Shown piece after piece: positions 34,018-39,986 of a stretch of DNA of 39,986 nucleotides; position 1 is the stretch's first letter, and every line of letters begins with the position of its first letter. The DNA is from a virus (taxonomy: Duplodnaviria > Caudoviricetes). Both the position numbers and the translations under genes were made by a program. The notes under the pieces are model-generated. The model was not told the DNA's origin, made no database searches, and worked only from the letters and a program-made list of their open reading frames with translations. Location: the IMG/VR virus record IMGVR_UViG_3300035227_000053, positions 1 to 39,986 of that record, one strand, 5' to 3'.

Positions 34018-36771
34018 TTATGCAATTTTTCTTCGTATATCAAATAAAATTGATTCTGCAATATCTTCTACTTCTACTTCCTTGGAAGACGTTTTATAGT
34101 TCTTGTCAAGGTATTTTGTAATCTTATCGAGTAAAATAACATGCTGATTAGGCAGGTTATATAACTCACTTCCAAGATGACTTAGTATATTAAATGCTTC
34201 ATCATTTTTACTCGATACAGCAAGGTAAGATAACATTGCACTTAGTTTTGCCATTACACCCATTCCACCTGAATACTTAATAGGATCTTCATTATCAGGA
34301 TGTTCTGGATCATTTGGATCAAGAGTAAGTTTAAAATCTTCCTTGTTCTTTATCATATCATATAGTCTACTGATATATTGTTTAGTTAGATCTGTCATGC
34401 CGTCCCTTTCTTTTACAATACGAGCTACTGTTTCTAATACTGCGTCCATATTTGCAGTCTTAGTAAATGTATTATACATAAACTTGTTAGTTAAGTCAAC
34501 CGATTCTTTATCATTTTCTTCTACAATTGCAGTAGTAGGGACCTGATAGTTGTTATAACCTCTAAGAGTCTGTAGACTCTTAACTGTATTCTTAAATTCT
34601 TTTAATTGTTCTTTAATTGTTTCAACAATGTGTTCATTTCCTTCGTTAACTAATTTGTTTGTACGCACATGTCTCAAAAATTGAGTACATTGTGCTACTT
34701 CTTCACATAATTTTATAATTGATTCACCAATTGCATCATATGGCGTTCCGCCATGACTTACATGGTTGGCCATAGCTTTAGCGCCTTGTAAATATTTTTG
34801 TGGGAATCTAAATCTTTCACCTGCACTATTTTCAATAAACAATGCTTTGATGTTACGTGATCTACTACCACGTACTTCTTCGTTAACACCTTTTGAATGC
34901 TTAATAATAAGTTTAGTGTTTTCTGGTAATTGAATATAACTTGTTTTAAGGCTACCTGTTGCAGGAGTATATCCTTCAGCAATAAAACCATCACCAAACT
35001 TAGATATAGTTATTGAATCAGTTGATTCAACTAGAGTTAATTCGCTTGGATCGTATTCTGCGTCTGCTTCCTCTTCAGATGCACCTTGTACAAGATGCCC
35101 TGGAATGTAACCTGATCTATTAAACATATCTTGTGGAGTATAAGTAACACTTCCTTCTCTGTTAATAGTATCAACTGCTTCTTGTCCTAAGCCAGCATAC
35201 TCATCATCGCCTGAGTCTGAGAAAAACCAGCTCATAAAGTCTTTGAAACTTACTTTCTTTTCGCCTGCTTCAGTAACTGTTTCTTCTTTTTTATCACCTG
35301 CCCATTCATATCTTGGATCACCTGCTCTAAAACGTTTCCATGCTTCTGTATTGCCTTCTTTATCAGCATTTGTTACTTGCATTTTACGTGCTTCGGGATC
35401 TTCCTTAATACCTGATAATTCTTTTAATCTTTCAACTGCTTCTTTCATATCATATGCTTCCAAGTGTGCTACACCTGGTGCCTGCATACCTTGTTCGCTC
35501 CAATGAACCTCTTTACCAACTAGTTTACTAATTTCTTTTTCAAATCCAGTGTCTGTGTAAATTTCCCAAGGACCATTATGCTCGACATGTACTTGTGTGT
35601 AACCATCTTCATCTGTTTCAACTGTAACATCTGAAACTTCAATATAATCACTTTCCCACATCTCGTCTTCAATCCAACGACTATCACCTGCTAATTCAAC
35701 TTCTTCTGGAAATACTGGCTCTTCATTAATTGGTTCTTCTTCAGTTGCTTCTGAATTAAAAATATTCCTATCACCTATTTCGTTGTTAGTTTTGCCATCA
35801 CGTGGAATTTCAGTAGGTTCTCCATCTGGAATTTTACTTACGTCAAACTCACCTGCTGGTGAATTATCACCTCTTTGACGTTTAAGATCTGGATCTCTTG
35901 GATCCATACGTCTAAACGGATGAGAACCATGCTCTAGAGCAAAGTCTGGATACATTTCAACTGCTTTAGCATAAATGTCTGGATGTTCATTTTTTAATTT
36001 AGTTTTGTGTTCTGCGTTTGCTTCGTCAGTTAATCCTGCCATACGAGATTCCATATCGCCTGCCCACATTTCAAGTGACCATTGTTCTTTATCTTTATCA
36101 AGTTGCGGGTGCATACTTGCAAGACCATATTTTGGAATTGGAGCTGATCCTTCGATATCCATACCTTGTGGTGGCATTTCTGCTTCGTTCCATTCATCAT
36201 ATGATAAAACTTCACCTGTATCACCGTCTGAATAGTTTCCTTCTGCTGGATTATAATAAATTACACGACCCGAGTGAGTCGCAATAGGACCATACTGCTT
36301 TTTATTTGCTGGATATTTTTTTGGATCTGGCTCTGGCATACTGCGATCCCAATTTACATTTCGTCTGCTTCTATATTCGTTAAGTTCTTTGTCTTCGGTT
36401 TTAACACCTGCTAGTTCTTTTAATCTATCTATTAATTCACTTTCTTCTCTTACTACATCGTGAGCAAAGTCTTTTGGTTCGATATTCTTATCAAATTTTC
36501 TAATGTTATATTCTGCCATGGCATTATGTCCTGCTTTTTTAATACTATTTAATACATCTTTATGTTCGCTAAAGTTGAAACTTGCTCCTGCTTGTACAAC
36601 TAGCTCAACTTGATCATCCTCTTCTCTTATTGTAACTAAAAAGTCCTTATCATAGGCGTAAAATCTTGCCGAGTTCTCCGGATCTAAAGTCTTATTTCCA
36701 GTTGGATCAAACAATTTTAATTTAATGTTTGCTCCTTTGAGAATGTTAAAAATTTCTTGCGATAGTTGCAT
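34018..36771 (-). CDS. large hypothetical protein, putative head-internal/structural, with an acidic mosaic centre
   Basis: 917 aa; globular N- and C-terminal parts; RLKELAG/RLKELSG repeats; late promoter upstream. Confidence 0.75.
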   Translation of the reverse strand: MQLSQEIFNILKGANIKLKLFDPTGNKTLDPENSARFYAYDKDFLVTIREEDDQVELVVQAGASFNFSEHKDVLNSIKKAGHNAMAEYNIRKFDKNIEPKDFAHDVVREESELIDRLKELAGVKTEDKELNEYRSRRNVNWDRSMPEPDPKKYPANKKQYGPIATHSGRVIYYNPAEGNYSDGDTGEVLSYDEWNEAEMPPQGMDIEGSAPIPKYGLASMHPQLDKDKEQWSLEMWAGDMESRMAGLTDEANAEHKTKLKNEHPDIYAKAVEMYPDFALEHGSHPFRRMDPRDPDLKRQRGDNSPAGEFDVSKIPDGEPTEIPRDGKTNNEIGDRNIFNSEATEEEPINEEPVFPEEVELAGDSRWIEDEMWESDYIEVSDVTVETDEDGYTQVHVEHNGPWEIYTDTGFEKEISKLVGKEVHWSEQGMQAPGVAHLEAYDMKEAVERLKELSGIKEDPEARKMQVTNADKEGNTEAWKRFRAGDPRYEWAGDKKEETVTEAGEKKVSFKDFMSWFFSDSGDDEYAGLGQEAVDTINREGSVTYTPQDMFNRSGYIPGHLVQGASEEEADAEYDPSELTLVESTDSITISKFGDGFIAEGYTPATGSLKTSYIQLPENTKLIIKHSKGVNEEVRGSRSRNIKALFIENSAGERFRFPQKYLQGAKAMANHVSHGGTPYDAIGESIIKLCEEVAQCTQFLRHVRTNKLVNEGNEHIVETIKEQLKEFKNTVKSLQTLRGYNNYQVPTTAIVEENDKESVDLTNKFMYNTFTKTANMDAVLETVARIVKERDGMTDLTKQYISRLYDMIKNKEDFKLTLDPNDPEHPDNEDPIKYSGGMGVMAKLSAMLSYLAVSSKNDEAFNILSHLGSELYNLPNQHVILLDKITKYLDKNYKTSSKEVEVEDIAESILFDIRRKIA

Positions 36772-36789
36772 TATAGTATTCCTTTAATG

Positions 36790-36797
36790 TATTTATC
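36790..36797 (-). promoter_or_regulatory. late-type promoter GATAAATA
   Basis: Upstream of SD AAAGGA and the ATG at 36771. Confidence 0.6.
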
Positions 36798-36817
36798 AAG
36801 AAACATTGAAAATATTA

Positions 36818-37843
36818 CTATTCAAAATAGTTTTCCATTCCACCTTCGCGATATAAATCTAATGTTACACAATGTAAACCGCCATCCCAAAAGAATCTAT
36901 GTCTAAAGGGCACAATTATGGGTTCTATATTATGTTTCTTTAAAAAATCAAATACAATCTTGTTATAGCCATTTACACATACATGCTTATCATCTAGCAT
37001 TAGTACATTAACATCAAATACACTTTCTTCACAATATCCTACCCAATCCGTTAACCATGTTTCTACAAAATCAGTGAAATCGTTATTTTTCTCTTCCCCT
37101 GCTAACCACCATTTTCCTTTATTTTTTAGTTTTAAGTCAAGCCAATTTCTTACTAAGTTCCAAGACTGATCTGGAAGATAACAAACATCCCAACCTGGAA
37201 ATGTATCTTCATATTGTTGATATCGTAATAAAGATAATATTGCCCCAGGTTTTAATGTGTGGAAGCATCCATCATTATGTCCACCAATTTTTACTTGAAT
37301 AAATTCTCTTTCTAGGTATCTTTCTTGCAAATGCTTAATAACATATTCGGGAATTTCTTTTCTATCAATATAAACTCTATTTCCAACACATGTTATAAAT
37401 GGAGCATCAAACATAAAATTCTTTGGCACATCTGAAAAATCATATCTATCATCACTATTATATTCCATTAGCTTTTCTTTTATACTAGGGTGATCATAAC
37501 CTGTAAACAGCATCTCATTACCCATTACTAATTGGCCGTCTCTTGGTTGAGCTGGAGGTCTTAGAAACGCACTTGACCTATGTTGCATTATTTCTTTATT
37601 GTCTATTTTCTCTTGTAAGTTTTCGTTTATGTCTAACTCAGGTCTAATAACTTCACAGCCGTATTCTTTTAAAATTTTTTCGTAGTTCTTAAAATCTTCT
37701 TCTGTTTCTTCTGCTATCCTAACTAAACAATCTTTTACTTTTGGATTTTGAATATCTCTGTAAAATTCTGGGTGATACGATCTACCCAACATTACTGTTT
37801 TTAATGGGTGCCATTTGCACCACGAGTTGTATTCATTATTCAT
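36818..37843 (-). CDS. amidinotransferase (pentein superfamily; glycine/inosamine amidinotransferase-like)
   Basis: [24 protein letters not shown] and GGLHCVTLD catalytic motifs. Confidence 0.88.
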   Translation of the reverse strand: MNNEYNSWCKWHPLKTVMLGRSYHPEFYRDIQNPKVKDCLVRIAEETEEDFKNYEKILKEYGCEVIRPELDINENLQEKIDNKEIMQHRSSAFLRPPAQPRDGQLVMGNEMLFTGYDHPSIKEKLMEYNSDDRYDFSDVPKNFMFDAPFITCVGNRVYIDRKEIPEYVIKHLQERYLEREFIQVKIGGHNDGCFHTLKPGAILSLLRYQQYEDTFPGWDVCYLPDQSWNLVRNWLDLKLKNKGKWWLAGEEKNNDFTDFVETWLTDWVGYCEESVFDVNVLMLDDKHVCVNGYNKIVFDFLKKHNIEPIIVPFRHRFFWDGGLHCVTLDLYREGGMENYFE

Positions 37844-38055
37844 TTTCTTTTAAATCCTTTATAACGTTTATTAAACTTATCAACACGACCTAGGGTATCA
37901 ACAACCCTAGACTGTCCTGTATAGAATGGATGACATTTAGAACATATATCTAAATTCATCTTCTCTTTTGTGAGGGTTGACCGAGTTTCAAACGTAGCAC
38001 CGCAGCTACATATAGCAGTAATAGTCTTGTATAGTGGATGTATGTCTTTCTTCAC
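37840..38055 (-). CDS. rpmE: 50S ribosomal protein bL31 (Zn-binding type)
   Basis: (M)KKDIHP.Y...CSCG...[12 protein letters not shown]...[10 protein letters not shown]; GTG start at 38055 with SD GGAG. Confidence 0.96.
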   Translation of the reverse strand: MKKDIHPLYKTITAICSCGATFETRSTLTKEKMNLDICSKCHPFYTGQSRVVDTLGRVDKFNKRYKGFKRK

Positions 38056-38082
38056 GCATCTTATCTCCGTATACACTATTTA

Positions 38083-39639
38083 TTATAATAGGCTAAATGG
38101 CATAGGTTCCATACCATCAGAATCTTCAAAATCATCATTCAAGTAATCAAATGCTTCTTCTTCATACTTTGATACTTCCATACTCATACGTACAATTAAA
38201 TTAACTGCCATTACAAGGTCATCTGTTTCCCCAGATTTTGCAGAATAACTATTACCTTTTGCTATAAATGTTTTTAATTCTCTTAATAATGGTTTACTTG
38301 CTACTTCTAATTTTTCTGTTTCTACCCAGTGTTTTAATTTAGAACAAGCAGATATTTTAGATTTATGAGTAGTAGTAAATCCTCGTCTATATCGCCTAGC
38401 ATTACCATGTTGTCTTGTTTCAGTTAAAAATGAGCCAGGAAAGTTTTCTTCGCCCGTTTCTTCTACAACTACTAATGCGGCTTCGCCTAGTGTATTGTTC
38501 TCCATACTATAGTATATTTCACAATCGCCATCAGTTTCAGTCTCAATGTGTTGTGCTATTTCTCGCAAAATTTTCACCTGCCCTTGAACCGTTGTTCTAT
38601 TGTGCATCCACTCTGCTACTTGTTTCATTCCTGGCATACTGTATACTTCTATAGCACTATTATCGCCACCTGTACCTAAACTAGGATCAAGTCCTATCAT
38701 GTAAAGTTTACCTTTAGCAATTGGAGCATACCAACGTACTTGCCCTGATATAGCATATGGATCACGTGCTCTCATGTTAGAAAGTTTAATACTATCAATT
38801 AGCGTTTCATCAAACGCAATAAATTCACATTTATGTTCACGTCTAAATCTTTCTTCGCCAATTTTTCCTTGTTCTAAATCTGCCCAGTCTTGATCTCTTT
38901 CTGGATGTCTTTCCCATGTAGCTAGATAGTGTGCAAATCCATTTACGCCTGCGGCTGTTTCAATACCATATTCGTCAATATTTTTATTAGCATCTCGCCA
39001 AATTTGGGCAAACTGATCATCATCCATATTAGGTGTACTTGTAATAATACATTTACCACCTGTTGCTAATGTAGGTGACAGTGAAGTCCAAAATTCTCTT
39101 GCTACATTTGGACGGACAAATGCAAACTCGTCTAAGTATGCAAGTGAAATGGAAAGACCACGTCCAGTATTTTCTGTTGTACTTTGTGCAATAATACGTG
39201 AACCGTTATCAAAAGTTAATGTTCCTTTATTATATTCTGTTACACCTGCTCTAATATAATTTGGCAATGTTTCGTATGAAAACCGTACACGTTGCATAAT
39301 TTCTGCTGCGCCTGCATATTTGTGGGCTGCTACTAAAATAGTTTGATCTGCGTTAAACATTGCGTACCATAATAAGTATCCTGCCGCACAAGTTGACTTA
39401 CCCATCTGGCGGGCCAGCATATTAATACTGTATCTATTGTTGTGATAAATGTCGACTAGTTCGTCTTGAAAATCATATAAACTAAACTTTAGCCTACCTT
39501 GTATAGGATGTTGAATATAACAATGATTCCTCATAAAATATTTGGGATCATTTGCACATCGAGCTAGTTCTAAAAGTTGCTCTTCTGTGTATTTCTCTTT
39601 TCTATACGGAGTTTTTGTTAATTTACTATCTATTGCCAT
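38083..39639 (-). CDS. terL: terminase large subunit (T4 gp17-like)
   Basis: ARQMGKS, YLDEFAF, ITSTPN, GLDPSLGTGGD and DDLVMA motifs; start MAIDSK with SD GGAG. Confidence 0.96.
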   Translation of the reverse strand: MAIDSKLTKTPYRKEKYTEEQLLELARCANDPKYFMRNHCYIQHPIQGRLKFSLYDFQDELVDIYHNNRYSINMLARQMGKSTCAAGYLLWYAMFNADQTILVAAHKYAGAAEIMQRVRFSYETLPNYIRAGVTEYNKGTLTFDNGSRIIAQSTTENTGRGLSISLAYLDEFAFVRPNVAREFWTSLSPTLATGGKCIITSTPNMDDDQFAQIWRDANKNIDEYGIETAAGVNGFAHYLATWERHPERDQDWADLEQGKIGEERFRREHKCEFIAFDETLIDSIKLSNMRARDPYAISGQVRWYAPIAKGKLYMIGLDPSLGTGGDNSAIEVYSMPGMKQVAEWMHNRTTVQGQVKILREIAQHIETETDGDCEIYYSMENNTLGEAALVVVEETGEENFPGSFLTETRQHGNARRYRRGFTTTHKSKISACSKLKHWVETEKLEVASKPLLRELKTFIAKGNSYSAKSGETDDLVMAVNLIVRMSMEVSKYEEEAFDYLNDDFEDSDGMEPMPFSLL

Positions 39640-39986
39640 TAATATCTCCCAAACGCCCATTCTCGTTCTTTACACCACCAGCATTCACCACAATGTGTAA
39701 CCATCCAAGTAGGTGTATCCATATTTTCTTCTGCATGTTGTTCACAACTTCTTGTGTATGGTAATAATTCTTCCAACATATTAAAATGATTATATAAATG
39801 TGCTATCATACGCTTATCAACACCCATAACAGGCATCCAACGTGTAATTCCTGGTGCAGATTCATATAATGTAGGTCTTCCATGCCCTGGATCACGTGGT
39901 TTATGTCTATTATTTTTAGTATCAAACTTAATATCTAACGGAGGATTTTGATTAGTTCCATGTACAGTAAATGTAATACCGTGTAA
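39639..39986 (-). CDS. QueC-like (7-cyano-7-deazaguanine synthase-like) protein, C-terminal part
   Basis: Frame is open to the window edge; TRSC...HCGECWWCKER.WAF Zn motif of the QueC family. Confidence 0.7.
   Translation of the reverse strand, partial: LHGITFTVHGTNQNPPLDIKFDTKNNRHKPRDPGHGRPTLYESAPGITRWMPVMGVDKRMIAHLYNHFNMLEELLPYTRSCEQHAEENMDTPTWMVTHCGECWWCKEREWAFGRY

Noticed and set aside
1-39986. Stop-codon reassignment
   Set aside because: Conserved genes are full length under the standard code, and TAA, TAG and TGA all occur as terminal stops.

Overview
AT-rich fragment of a large, T4-distantly-related myovirus (jumbo-phage-like). Almost all genes lie on the minus strand with frequent TAATG/ATGA overlaps. 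In transcription order it carries: a QueC-like gene (partial), large terminase, ribosomal protein bL31, a pentein amidinotransferase, a large acidic putative head-internal protein, and a T4-like replication/recombination block (gp32 SSB, UvsX, UvsY, AAA ATPase, UvsW, gp62-like clamp-loader subunit, primase, gp41 helicase) that includes a miniature (~194 aa) family C DNA polymerase core. Next come a late cluster of putative virion proteins, a SpeD-like decarboxylase, an SGNH protein, a PD-(D/E)XK exonuclease, class Ia nrdAB plus glutaredoxin, a PAAR/fibre/subtilase module, tRNA-Thr and tRNA-Ala, and an HNH endonuclease behind a truncated tRNA 5' half. Two promoter classes are visible: sigma70-like TTGACA-N17-TAtAcT before replication genes and T4-late-like NATAAATA before structural and tRNA genes. 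The most notable items are the mini-PolC, the tRNA-remnant/hairpin-gated HNH, a tandem hairpin-repeat leader on the SSB gene, phage bL31 with apparent leaderless mRNAs, a ligase-fold late protein and a candidate wHTH/operator circuit. All calls come from motif recognition by eye; no database searches were run.
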